Positions 1 to 12,231 of a stretch of 64,000 nt of DNA are shown here, one piece after another. The stretch comes from Octopus sinensis (taxonomy: Eukaryota): positions 51,956,001-52,020,000 of the forward strand of contig NC_043002.1 of assembly GCF_006345805.1 (NCBI RefSeq), given 5' to 3'. The notes under the pieces are model-generated. The model was not told the origin of the DNA. It was given only the letters and a program-made list of their open reading frames with translations, and searched no databases. The first letter of the stretch is position 1, and each line of letters begins with the position of its first letter. The position numbers and the translations under genes were made by a program.

Positions 1-105
1 ATAATAATAATAATAATAATAATATAATAATAATAATGATAATAATAATAATAATAATAATAATGACGATGATAATAATAATAATAATGAATAATAATGA
101 CGATG

Positions 106-154
<49 letters not shown>

Positions 155-156
155 CG

Positions 157-214
<58 letters not shown>

Positions 215-252
215 CGATGATAAAATAGTATAATAATAATAATAAGACGATG

Positions 253-288
<36 letters not shown>

Positions 289-303
289 TACTAATTGATG
301 ATG

Positions 304-358
<55 letters not shown>

Positions 359-411
359 CGATGATAATAATAATAATGATAATAATAATAATGACGATGA
401 TAATAATAATG

Positions 412-442
<31 letters not shown>

Positions 443-444
443 CG

Positions 445-476
<32 letters not shown>

Positions 477-489
477 TATAATAATGGCG

Positions 490-529
<40 letters not shown>

Positions 530-531
530 CG

Positions 532-588
<57 letters not shown>

Positions 589-618
589 TAATAATAATGA
601 CGATGATAATAATAGTAA

Positions 619-652
<34 letters not shown>

Positions 653-1330
653 GATTGTAAGAATGATTAACAATAATCATGCTGGATTATGGCGAGGAAT
701 TCTTCACTTGCCACAAGGGCGCCAAATGGAAATAACTTTGCAAAAACAGTCAATAAAAAAATAATGGTTTTATTTTTAAAAAGAAGTGGTCGTGCTGGTC
801 GTGGTGGCGGCGGCGGCGTCAGTGCTGGTAGTGGTGTTGCTAGTGGTGATGGTGGTGGTGGTAGTGGTTTTGGTGGTGGTGGTAGTGGTTTTGGTGGTGG
901 TGGTGGTGGTGGTGGTAGTGATGCTGGTGCTGGTGATGGTACTGGTGTCGGTGCTTGTGGTGGTGATGCTGCTGTGATGACACTTGTAGCTATGGTGGTG
1001 GCGATGGCGACGCTGCTGCTGCTGGGGATAGTACTTGTGGTGCTGGGGCAAATGCCAGTGGGGCTGGGGCTGGCTCTGGTAGTGGTGATGGTCGTCGTCG
1101 TTATTAACTTTATTAAGGTGATGGTGATGATGATGACGACGAAGACGAAGATGATGATGATGATGATGACGACGACGAAGATGAAGATGATGATGATGAT
1201 GATGTTGATGGTGATGATGATGACGACGAAGATGATGATGATGATGACGACGAAGACGAAGATGATGATGATGATGGATGATGATGATGTTGATGATGAT
1301 GATGATGATGATGATGATGACGACCATGAC
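1..1330. repeat. Compound trinucleotide microsatellite: (AAT)n with GAC/GAT interruptions, then (GGT)n, then (GAT/GAC)n
   Basis: Directly visible repeats; they generate the poly-N/I/G/M/D ORFs in the track. Confidence 0.97.
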
Positions 1331-1519
1331 CACAATGACCATGACAAATCTTGTAAATTTCTCTTAACTGTTTCGTTCGAATCTATCAAAAGTATATTTT
1401 TAAAATGGTATTTTTTTAAAAAACCAAATTTAGCTTTACTTACAATTTGGTCGAATATATTTTCAAAATCGTTCCCTCCTCTTTTGATACGCCCATCTTA
1501 ACAAAGAGTTAGGGTCCGG

Positions 1520-1905
1520 TTTTGGAACACATTCTCAAGGGCAGTGCGCAGGTCACCTAGCGAATTCTCTTCGATCTTCTCAACCGTCTGACATCAGTGA
1601 GCTGTCAGATGCGGGTCGGCGGATTTTGTAGGACAAAACACTCTGTAGATTCCAAATCCGAAAAGCATGACAGCCGAAGAAAGAGTATCGTCGTCTACTC
1701 TATCAAAAAAATTACGTGTTAGGGGTGTTGCATGAGTAGGTGCGATGTCGATGGGCAACATCCAAGTTTTGTACATCTGTCCGTAGGCCTTCTTCAGAAA
1801 GTTTTCGCCAATCAGACAGCAGCTTCTTACTGATGAGAATTCAGTTTTCTTTTTTGTAAAACTGTTAGCAAGTCGCAGCATAAATTTTGCAGCAACACGA
1901 AGTAT
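1520..1905 (-). mobile_element. Degenerate mariner (Tc1/mariner) transposase fragment
   Basis: Minus-strand translation gives RVAAKFMLRL, WMLPIDIAPTHATPLTRNFF and QTVEKIEENSLGDLRT. These resemble mariner RVAAKFVPRLL, WxLHHDNAPAH and FQTIEEIQEN blocks. Internally deleted and decayed. Confidence 0.65.
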
Positions 1906-2168
1906 ATTTATCTTGACTGCAACCATGCTGGAAAACTGTCTTACAGGATCTAGTCGAAGAAAACAAACCCTGGGGCATATGTTTAAAGTTTGTCATTTTT
2001 TCTATCGGTCTCTTTGCCGAGCCGCTAAGTTGCGGGACGTAAACAAACTAACACCGGTTGTTTGGAGGGGCAGACGCAAACACACATACACACACTCACA
2101 TACACACACTCACACTCACACATGCACACAAGCATACACACACACATTATATCTATTTATCATCTATC

Positions 2169-2262
<94 letters not shown>

Positions 2263-2264
<2 letters not shown>

Positions 2265-2660
2265 CGCAGGAGTGGCTGTGTGGTAAGTAGCTTGCTAACC
2301 AACCACATGGTTCAGTCCCACTGCGTGACATCTTGGGCAAGTGTCTTCTGCTATATGAGTGGATTTGGTAGACGGAAACTGAAAGAAGCCTGTCGTATAT
2401 TTGTATATATATATATATATACGTGTGTGTGTGTGTGGTGTGTGTGTGTATTTGTGTGTCTGTATGTGTCCCCCTAGCATTGCTTGACAACCGATGCTGG
2501 TGTGCTTACGTCCCCGTCACTTAGAGGTTCGGCGAAAGAGACCAATAGAATAAGTACTGGGCTTACAAAGAATAAGTCCCGGGGTCGATTGGCTCGACTA
2601 AAGGCGGTGCTCCAGCATGGCCACAGTCAAATGACTGAAACAAGTAAAAGAGTAAAAGTG
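2263..2660 (+). mobile_element. tRNA-derived SINE, family A, with internal (TA)n(TG)n tract
   Basis: Head GGCGCAGGAGTGGCTGTGTGG with A/B-box-like motifs, CTTGGGCAAGTGTCTTC core, tail CCAGCATGGCC.CAGTCAAATGACTGAAACAAGTAAAAGA. More than ten related copies occur in the window. Confidence 0.85.
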
Positions 2661-2878
2661 TAAAAGATATATATATATATATTTATTTATTTATTTATTT
2701 ATTTAGATGAGAGAGATCAAAGTGTATGTACGCCGCTATATATATATATATCAAAATACAAAATGGGACAAGAAGGCAAAACATAGGTCTATCTGGATGC
2801 TTTGTTGTCCCTTTTTGTATCACCTAGCTGTCCGGATATTTTGTGTTCTTGTCCCATTTTGTATTATATACATATATA

Positions 2879-2914
<36 letters not shown>

Positions 2915-2989
2915 TATGTATATAAGATCTAATAGAGGTAGAATCAACAAGAAAAGTACTCCATCAAGTGGTGAGAGATAAATATCAAT

Positions 2990-3189
2990 TTAAATATACA
3001 ACCGAAAGAGCTACTAACAGTTTCATGCTTTTATGATACTTGAACAGGAATATTTATAAAATATACTATGTGTCCAAAAGCAATCTTTGAGGCTCTCGCT
3101 TTAAGATACATGGTATATTTTATAGATATGCCCGTTCAAGTATCATAATAGCATGAGACAATTAGTAGCTCTTTCGGTTGTCTATTTAA
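2990..3189. repeat. Small foldback/MITE-like inverted repeat (about 58-bp arms)
   Basis: 2990-3048 is the reverse complement of 3131-3189 with about 6 mismatches. Confidence 0.8.
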
Positions 3190-3202
3190 TTTTATAAATG
3201 AA

Positions 3203-4487
3203 CTAGCAGCATAGCCCGGCGTTGCCCGGGTATGTAAGAGCCCCTAGTAGGCAACGACTAACCCCGATCTAGTCCTTTCCCTCTAGGAAGCGAAGGCGCA
3301 TGTGTAGGTTGCAATGTCTTCTATTCACTCCAATACTTCTGTGTATACGACGTTCCTAGTTGTCCCTTTGGGCGAAAACATGAAAACATCATTGCGCCTC
3401 CCAACGCGTGAACAGCCCACGTAGAGTTGACCATGGGTGAAGCACTGTTCGCCCAAATGTAACCCAGCGACTTGTAGCGTTTGGCCTTGGGATTTATTGA
3501 TGGACATTGCGAAGCAGAGTTTAACAGGAAACTGAGAATGCCTGAAGTGGAGTGGTAGGTCAGCGCCCGACGGTTGAAGGTGCATGCGTGGAATGAAGAC
3601 GTCCTCTCCCTTCCCACAACCGGTAAATATTGTGGCCGTTATTAAATGTGGTGCCAAATTTTTCACAACCGTTGCACTGTTTAGGTGGAACCAAATTCCT
3701 GATGAGCATAATGGTAGGAATTGGTTCACCAAAACTGAGGTTTCGATGTAATCTTTGGTTTGTATATGGGATACCTTGAAGATAAGTCTAGATTTCCTCC
3801 TGTGGGTTGAATTATCGATAGCTGTTTGATAGTTATTTGGGGGAGTAAGAGTTAAAGAAGGTCGAGTTGCGTCCCCTAGACAGTCTGTGGTTTGTGTTTA
3901 ATACACAAATCGGTTTGCTATGTGTGCCACATATGATTTAATTAACCGATTTTTTCCAGTAATAAAGTATCCTACTGGAATATAAAGGGCCATATAGCTC
4001 CTTGGAGCAGGCATGATGCTCGCTGTGAGTTTTTAAAAAAATTCCTGCCAATTTGTTAAAGATATTGTTGAAAATATGTCATCTTGAATTTGAACGCGAT
4101 TTCCCAAAATGGCATGATTTTATCGATTTTTTCTGATGGTAAGGTATTGCATGGAAAACTAACGTCAGAATTAAGTTTCTTAGGGTAACATTAAGCTTCA
4201 CCATGAGTTTGGTGAAAATCGATTGCAAGTTGCGAAAACTACAACAGAAAATGTGTTGCATATGAAAAGCTTAGATTCTCGACCCCATGTCGAATTTATC
4301 GATTTTTTCAGAACTGGGGGAACTTTGCAAAATTTTCGCTGCGTTAGTTTTGAATTATGACATTGGGCTATGTGTGTGTCAAGTTTCATTAGAATCGGTT
4401 GAAAGCCGTGGTCAGAGTGAGGGTACAACCTGACAGACACACAGACAGATACACAGACAGACAAACTGCCTTTTATATAGAGAGAGA
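3203..4487 (-). mobile_element. Non-autonomous Helitron carrying a helicase C-terminal fragment
   Basis: On the minus strand: 5' TC after A (TCTCTCTCTATATAAAAGG), 3' hairpin CCCGGGCAACGCCGGG then CTAG followed by T. A/T insertion site without TSD. Confidence 0.9.
3325..3732 (-). pseudogene. Helitron Rep/Hel PIF1-like helicase C-terminal fragment
   Basis: ORF contains VFIPRM, QFPVKLCFAMSINKSQGQT, HGQLYVGCSRV and TRNVVYTEVL, the PIF1/Helitron helicase terminal motifs. Confidence 0.9.
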
Positions 4488-4518
4488 TAAATAAATAAAT
4501 AAATATATATATATATTT

Positions 4519-5150
4519 AATCAAAATAAGCAACAGGATATCAAGGGGTAATGCAGTATGACCGTTTCAAGCGACTCCATTTAAACAATGTAATCATGAC
4601 ATAAATTTAAATGCAGGGCTATCCTCAGCTGAATAAATAGAATTTTCGAATCAGTTGGACACATTAATATAATTTTATTCAAATTCTCTGCCCAGCCTCC
4701 TTTATAGAAAATTACTTATACATTTCCTAAAATCCTGACAATATTTATGACCATACCCAATTATAAACTGTCAAGTCATTCCGTCTATACATTCTAAGCA
4801 AGCACCGTCCCCCTAGCCTTAGATTTGTTAATTGATAAAACGAGACTAATAAATCAAAAATGAACCACAATTCTTTACAAGCTATAACCCTAACAAATTT
4901 CATACAGTTCTTACAAGTGCAGTATATTTTGAGCTACATTAGTAGCAACATGGACTTTTTCCCTATTCTTGCTCTATTAGAGAATTTGAGTAAAATTATA
5001 TTGTGTCCAACTGATTAAAACATTCTATTTATGCAGCTGAGGATAGCCCTGCATTTAAATTGATGTAATGATTGTATTGTTCAATTAAATGGAGACTCTT
5101 GAAACGGTCGTACTGCATTACTTCTTGACATCCTGTTGCTTATTTTGATT
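4519..5150. mobile_element. Foldback/MITE-like element with about 170-bp inverted arms
   Basis: 4519-4688 is an imperfect reverse complement of 4979-5150; 290-bp spacer. Confidence 0.75.
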
Positions 5151-5189
5151 TTATTCATCTTACTTTGAGTTGTACGGTTTTTTAATATT

Positions 5190-5637
5190 CCTTTCTACTA
5201 CAGTAAAAAAGCCTGAAATTTTGGGAGAAGGTGATAGTTGATTACATCGATCCAAGTGCTCAAATGGTACTTATTTTATACAGCCCGAGAGGATAAAAGA
5301 CGAAGTCGACCTCGGCGGAATTTGAACCCAGAGCGTAAGGACGGGAGATATGCTGCTAAGCATTTTGCCAGGATTGCTGACGATTCTGCTTGTTCGCCGC
5401 CTTGAATGGTTTTGTAATATTGGTTTCAAATTATGACACATGGCCAGGAATTTTATGGGAGGGTGCTAGTCGATTACATCGACCCCAATGTTCAACTGGT
5501 GCTTAATTTATCGACCTCCGGAAGGGATGAAAGGCAAAGTCTACCTCGGTGGAATTTGAACACAGTACGTGCAGACAGATGAAATGCCGCTAAGTATTTT
5601 GCCCAGCGTGCAAACGATTCTGCCAGCTCGCCATCTT
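5190..5637 (-). mobile_element. Two tandem SINE family B copies
   Basis: Reverse complement of GGCGAGCTGGCAGAATCGTT...GAGGTCGACTTTGCCTTTCATCCTTTCGGGGTCGATAAA..AAGTACCAG. The central block resembles the MetaSINE core (from memory). Confidence 0.8.
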
Positions 5638-5649
5638 AAATGGTTTTAT

Positions 5650-5871
5650 AATATTAGAACATATTACATGTGATCCATGTACACCTCATCAGATTAGGTA
5701 TTGTTATTTAGCTTTGTCTGATGAGATGTACATGGATTACATGTGATATGTTGTAATATTACGAAACTATTTCTTCATTATTTACATTATTTATATTTGA
5801 CGGATATTTGTCTTCATCAAACAAACAAGATGAGAACAAATATCCGTCAAATATGAATAATGTAAATAATG
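5650..5871. repeat. Two adjacent hairpins (5650-5760 and 5776-5871)
   Basis: 44-bp and 43-bp stems with 23-nt and 10-nt loops. Confidence 0.85.
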
Positions 5872-6749
5872 TACATAATTCCTCGTCTCTTAAATATAGA
5901 ACTGCATTTCTATCCTTATTTGTATTTATATTCATGAAAAATATATCTACCAAATATTATCATATAGTCGAAGCGCACGTAAATAGGGTTTAAATGTAAT
6001 ACAAAAATTCCATTCTTAGACTAGATATGTGTATGTGTGTGTATGTAGATATATATATAAACATACATATATGCATACGTGCACATACGCATAAGCACAT
6101 ATGTGTGGCGCGAGTGTGTGTGTGTTTGTGTGTGTGTGTCTGCATGTATATATATATAAGAAAACGGAGGAGGAGAATTTCGGTCTCCACGTTGTGAGTT
6201 GTAATTCGAAAAATATATAAAAGAAAAGAAAAATGCACACAGTTTACATAGTTTTAATATATTTGTAAATACATTTTATAAGTGAGATAGTATTGCGTTT
6301 GTCGACCGCTAACGCTTTCGCTAATCATGACATTGAAATTATTGTAATTTCGTTTTCTCATAAGATCTTGGATGTTCTTGGAAGGAAGTTTGTGAATGAA
6401 TCAACAACTAGAAAAATCTAAGGGCAGGTAAACTGGCGATCGTTATTATTCGGAACAGGGGAGGTAATTTCTCATTGTTTTTGTTTTTTTGCAGGGGAGG
6501 ATAAATTATTATATAAAAACTCAAAAACTAAAGTAATGAGATGATATATGTACAGTGATGGATATGTGATCATGAATTAGAATATATACTGAGACCAAAG
6601 TTGGTTATGCGTTCATATTTAGGCGTGTTCTGTATTTTCTTCGATAAATAACTTTTTTTTTGTTTGTTTAAGCGCTCTTGTACAGAAATTATTTCTTTGC
6701 ACTGGTAGATGGAGAAAACTGTAAAGTTTGGTTGGATATTACCTGCACA

Positions 6750-6782
<33 letters not shown>

Positions 6783-6799
6783 AAAAGAATAAAAGAATA

Positions 6800-6970
6800 T
6801 ATATTTCTTTACTGCCCACAAGGGGTTAAACACAGAGGGGACAAATAAGGACAGACAAAGGGATTAAGTCGATTACATCGACCCCAGTGCGAAACTAGTA
6901 CTTTATTTATCGACCCCGAAAGGATGAAAGGCAAAGTCGACCTCGGCGGAATTTGAACTCAGAACGTAAA
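6800..6970 (-). mobile_element. 5'-truncated SINE family B, tail variant B2
   Basis: Family B core plus tail TTTGTCCCCTCTGTGTTTAACCCCTTGTGGGCAGTAAAGAAATA; 5' junction abuts (GATA)n at about 6975-7025. Confidence 0.85.
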
Positions 6971-6972
6971 AG

Positions 6973-7025
<53 letters not shown>

Positions 7026-7860
7026 CATATGTAGGGATTGGTTATAAAAGAAGTCATTCGATTTAGATCTACGTTATTTTATTCTGGGTTTTTCTCAAAG
7101 ACAAATGTACTCTATTTGTTCTGGGAGTTTCTGAAAGACAGATGTAAGGAAGAATTAGTATATAGCTCTCTTTCTCTCACAATCTGGAACATTGTTCTTA
7201 AACATCCCAGTATTTTTACACAATAATATTCATTGTGGAGTACATCATGAAGAACGTTTTTTACTTTTGTTGGGGTTTTTTCCTTTTCTGTTCTTTGCCT
7301 TATGCATGTCCTGCGGTCTTTACTTCATTGATAAAGAAAATTTCAAGTTGCTGTGTTATATAAAGAAGGAACATAACACTTTCATCCTCCATCGCTGGAA
7401 CAAGTGTTTGGAAAACCTGTAAAGAAACAATGTAGTGAAGTGGACATGGACATTATACCGTTATTCATGTTGGTAAAAAAAAAAAGGTAGAAATATGCTA
7501 AAAGGTGGTAGATTGATTAGTAAGGCGGGTGATTCTGACTTCCATGGGTGTTGTGCTATCAGAACTTAGATATCACTGCGTTTTATAGGTATTGCTGGCA
7601 GAAGCAAACCAAGCTTTAAGTGTCAACACTGTGAGGTTAAAAACGAAGAAAATCTCTTTGAAATTCTCAAAACAAGTTTAAAAAAACTCGATTGAATGAT
7701 AAGGATATTATCACATCTTGGCTACCATCCAGAGCATCTCGTTTACAGTATTGATTTGGAACGAAGATTTTAATATAACGTATTTTCTTTGTAGATTGTA
7801 ACAATCATCTACGAAGAAAACATCAGAATCAGTTATGATATATATATATATATATATATA

Positions 7861-8245
7861 CTAGCAGTATCGCCCGGTGTTGCTCGGGTTTGTAAGGGAA
7901 ATAACTATAAAGCATTTTTAGAGAGTTATAGCCAAAAATTAGCAAAAAACTGCATTAAAAATGAAAAAAATATGATGGTAAATTTTTTTTTAAATCGTTG
8001 ACCATCGTAGACATTTTTAGAGAGTTACTTCCCTTAGCGAAAAAATGCATTAAAATGGAAAAAATGATGGTAAATTATTTTTAAAATCGTAGACTCATCG
8101 TAGACGCGCGCTAATACCCAGAAGGGCTCGATATGAATCACGACTATAAGATACCCGGTTTTGGTTAAACTGCACCGCAAAATGTGGGAGTAGTTAAGAA
8201 TCTAAATCGGAGTAGACAGACACACAACCTTACTTTTATATATAA

Positions 8246-8248
<3 letters not shown>
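7861..8248 (-). mobile_element. 388-bp non-autonomous Helitron inserted in (TA)n
   Basis: 5' A|TCTTTATATATAAAAG, 3' hairpin CCCGAGCAACACCGGG then CTAG|T. Termini resemble the 3203-4487 element. Internal tandem duplication of about 95 bp; (TA)n on both sides. Confidence 0.85.
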
Positions 8249-8307
<59 letters not shown>

Positions 8308-8994
8308 TATATATATAGGTATAACAAGGGATTCTGAAGTGTTAGAGTAACAAATATGTTACTTTCTAAACCTTTAAAAAATATTATGTATATATTATGC
8401 AATATGATTACAATAAAGGTAACAAATCAAATTTAAGTACAGTAGTAATGTTCTTGCCAAATAGATAAATAGATAAAGTCAAAATATAAAGCAATAGTAA
8501 AATAAATATACAGATAGTAAATCTCATGACAAATTGTCAATGATTTTGTTTTAAATGTAAAGAAAACATACAAAGTAAATTTACAATATGAATTATTGCT
8601 TTGATATTTTGTACTAAATTTAACGAAATTCAGTATGTTCTTTCCGAATGTCGTTTGTGCTTTCCAAGTAGTTTCTCCATAAAAACAAAAATGATAGCTG
8701 GACAATATGGTTAGCATTAGGATACGAGTTTCAGGTTAGGGTCAGGATAAGTGTTATGGTTAAAGATTATAGTAATATTACTGTTAGTTTGGGGTTTTAA
8801 AGTTAAAATTTAAGATTAGTAAAGTTTAGTGCAAAGCTTGAAAGTTAGCATTACGATTTATTGCTAAATGTTAGAATTAAGGTTAAATAATTTCAGCAAG
8901 TCTTTTAATCATTATTTAGGAAAGAAAAATGTTTAATGAATGCTTTTTTTTTTTTTTTTTTCAGTGTTATACTAAAATATTCAATACTAAATAT

Positions 8995-9392
8995 TCTTTT
9001 CTACTCGAGGGACAAAGGCCCGAAATTTTTGGGGAGGAGGCAAGTCGATTACATCGGCTCCAGTACGAAACTGGTTCTTAATTTAATCGACCCCGAAAGG
9101 ATGAAAGGTAAACTCGACCTAGGCGGGATTTGAACTCAGAACGTAACGACAGACGAAATACCTATTTCTTTGCTACCCACAAGTGGCTAAACACAGAGAG
9201 GACAAACAAGAACAGACAAATGGATTAAGTCGATTAAATCGACCCCAGTGCATAACTGGTACTTATTTAATCGACCCCGAAAGGAGGAAAGGCAAAGTCG
9301 ATCTCGACGGAATTTGAACTCAGAAAGTAAAGACAGACGAAATCCCGCTTAGCATTTCGCCCGGCGTGCTAACATTTCTGCCATCTCGCCAC
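8995..9392 (-). mobile_element. SINE family B dimer (B1 and B2 tail types)
   Basis: Two consecutive family B cores; the B2 tail joins at the GACGAAATAC motif of the neighbouring copy. Confidence 0.8.
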
Positions 9393-10000
9393 CTTACACC
9401 ATGAAATAGGAATATTATCAAAAGGTATTCAGAGAAGTAGCATTATACAAGAAATAAGACAGTGTAAGTTTGAGTACACATCTTTCAAATGCAATTAGCA
9501 TGTGTGCATCCTAAAATTTAGGGTTGCAAACCCATAAAAAGTCACAGCTAAAGCGCAGATCAAAAGATTATTCGGTTTACCAGTGTCGTGTTATAAGTCT
9601 ACTCAATCAGAATTGCCCTAGGATACAAATCAATCATTTATATGAATTACCGAGAGAAATAATTTAATAAGTACTACAAAGAGCTTGCTGAGAAACTGAG
9701 ATAAAAATGACAGAATTGAGTCATGGGGGTAGTAAATAACATCAAAAGATTACCAAAGTTTATTGGGCCGAGAAAAGGAAGGAAATTTTAGATGTGACAA
9801 AAATAAAAACCTATATCTCCAATTTGAAAGAAGATTTAGTCTTGATCGCAGAGAACGAACAGCATGTATGGACGAGTTTAAATAAAGATTTATAGCACAA
9901 ACAATTAATTCAAGCTTCCTCAGAGAATTAAAAAAAGACACTATTGTAATAAGAAGTAAAATGAGAATTTAATTAAGTCAGACTATATAAGACATTACGT

Positions 10001-10300
10001 GGAGGCACATGGCCTAGTGGTTAGAGCAGCGGACAGGGGGTCGAAGGAACGCGGGTTCGAATCTCAGAGGGCGGTGTGTGTGCTTATGAGCAAAACACCT
10101 AAGCTCCACGCGGCTCCGGCAGAAGGTAATTGCGAACTTTTGCTGACTCTTTCGCCACAACTTTCTTTCACTCTTTCCTCCTGCATCTAGCAGCTCACCT
10201 TCGACGGACCGGCGTCCCATCCAGGTGGGGAACCTATACGCCAATGAAACCGGGGAAACCGGCCCTTATGAGCCAGGCATGGCTCGAGAAGAAACAACAC
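10001..10300 (+). mobile_element. tRNA-derived SINE, head X with tail 1
   Basis: A box GGCCTAGTGG, B box GGTTCGAATC; head shared with the copy at 32477-32856. Confidence 0.75.
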
Positions 10301-10432
10301 ATATAGAACATTATTGAATGGAATGGGTTGAAATCTGAAATAAAAATCATTAAAGTAGTAACTACTGCACAAACTTTGACACAATATAGGCAATGCTAAC
10401 CATTATCAAGCATGTGTGTGTATGTGTGCGTA

Positions 10433-11299
10433 CAGGCTGCGATGGGCAAATTGTCGCCATTTTATAATTCTTAATTTCGCGCATGCGTATTGTTTTTTTT
10501 TTTTATTTTGTCGACTACACAGTATAGCAGGGTCAGTTGGGCACCGTCTGTGAGAAAAACAGCACCATGACGCAATTCACTCTGCCACAGATTTGGAAAC
10601 GACATGCTGTGCTGCTTGGCGTTTGCGCCGGAAACGCCAGTACAAACATTTCAGAGTGTTTGGATGTCAATCTGAGGATAGTACAATTTGAGGACATGTA
10701 CCGAGAGTGATAAAAATCAAACATGCAATCAACATCATGGTGTTTGAAGTGATCACTAATGATGGCGACGTTAAGCCTCCAGTCATCTTCCAACACAGCC
10801 TCAGACTCAACACGGAGGCCTACATCAAGTGCTTGGTGGAGGTATTGCTGCTCTGGGTCAAGAGGGTGGCTGCTGGATGGCCTTATGTCTGGCAACAGGA
10901 CTCTGCACCATGCCACACAAACGGGAGAACCCAGTCATGGCCGTCAGACAATTTCTGTGACCTCATCACCACTAACATCTGGCCACCTAACTCACCAGAC
11001 TCAACCCCCTTGATTATTATGCTTGAGGCGCAACTGGGTGACAAAACCAACAAAATTCCTTGTAACACCAAAGATGAACTGAAGGCAAAGGTTATGGCAA
11101 CAATCACCAAATTAAACAAGGAGACCGTCCAGAAGATTTGCAGGAGATTCCGAAGTCGTCTGGAGCCCGTGGTTGAAGCCAATGCTGGTTTATTGAATGA
11201 ATTTACTCTTTAGTATTTTGAGAACTATATCTGTGAAAATGATATGTCAGTGTTATTTTCATTTTTGCCAGATTTAGACATTTTATTCATCGTACCCTG
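10433..11299 (+). mobile_element. Internally deleted Tc1/mariner DD37D (maT-type) transposon with both TIRs and TA TSD
   Basis: TA|CAGGCTGCGATGGGCAAATTGTC ... GACATTTTATTCATCGTACCCTG|TA. Transposase C-terminal half WQQDSAPCHT...WPPNSPD has 37 residues to the third Asp once a 1-nt frameshift in AACCCCCTTGATTATTAT is corrected. Confidence 0.88.
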
Positions 11300-11351
11300 T
11301 ATGTATGTATGTATGTATGTATGTATGTATGTATGTATGTATGTATGTGTG

Positions 11352-11393
<42 letters not shown>

Positions 11394-11407
11394 ATATAAT
11401 ATATATA

Positions 11408-11641
11408 TAATATGTGACAATTATTCGGTAGTCATAATAAAACTCCGAGTTTCGGATGTCGAGGCGGAAACCCACGCCGGCATCTCTTTAGTTACAGGGC
11501 CATCAAAAAAATGCCAGGTCACAGAAAGGCATTTTTTTTTTTTTGATGGCCCGATAACTGAAGAGATGCCGGCGTGGATTTCCGCCCCGATATCCGAAAC
11601 TCGGAGTTTTATCATAGCTACAAAATAATTGTCACATTATA
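11408..11641. repeat. About 234-bp imperfect palindrome (hairpin MITE-like)
   Basis: Arms 11408-11515 and 11528-11641 are reverse complements around a 12-nt loop; mirror-image ORFs appear on both strands. Confidence 0.9.
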
Positions 11642-11715
11642 TTTACAGATAAATTCTTCTATTTACATAATATCGAGGTTTCTTTCATTCTTTTGTAGTC
11701 TTACCATTTCTATCA

Positions 11716-11747
<32 letters not shown>

Positions 11748-11766
11748 ATGTATGTATGTATGTATG

Positions 11767-11800
<34 letters not shown>

Positions 11801-11818
11801 TGTATGTATGTATGTATA

Positions 11819-12002
11819 GGCGCATGCGTGGCTATGTGGTAAGAACCTTGCTTCACAACCATTTCCGGTCTTAGTCCCACTGCGTGGCACCTTGGGTAAG
11901 TGTCTTCTACTATAGCCTCGGGCCGACCAAAGCCTTCTGAATGGATTTGGTAGATAGAAACTGATAGAAGCCCGTCATATATATATATATATATATATAT
12001 AT

Positions 12003-12042
<40 letters not shown>

Positions 12043-12231
12043 TTCACCATCGCTTGACAACCGATGCTAGTGTGTTTATGTCCCCGTAAATTAGCGGCTA
12101 GGCAAAAGTGAATATATATTAGGCTTACAAAGAATAAGTCCTGGGTTCAATTTCTTCGGCTATAAGGCTTTAAGTCGGTGCTCCTGCATGTCCAGTCAAA
12201 TGACTGAAACGTGTAAAAGAATAAAAGAATA
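11819..12231 (+). mobile_element. SINE family A, full length
   Basis: Same head, internal (TA)n(TG)n and tail as 2263-2660. Confidence 0.85.

Noticed and set aside
667-1501. 240-270 aa ORFs on both strands
   Set aside because: Almost entirely translations of (GGT)n/(GAT)n microsatellites; no domain or splice support
9750-9941. 63-aa ORF in non-repetitive-looking DNA
   Set aside because: No recognisable motif or convincing splice sites
10001-10075. tRNA gene (also 24892-24960 and 32785-32856)
   Set aside because: A/B boxes are present but continue into SINE bodies; no convincing acceptor stem or cloverleaf by eye
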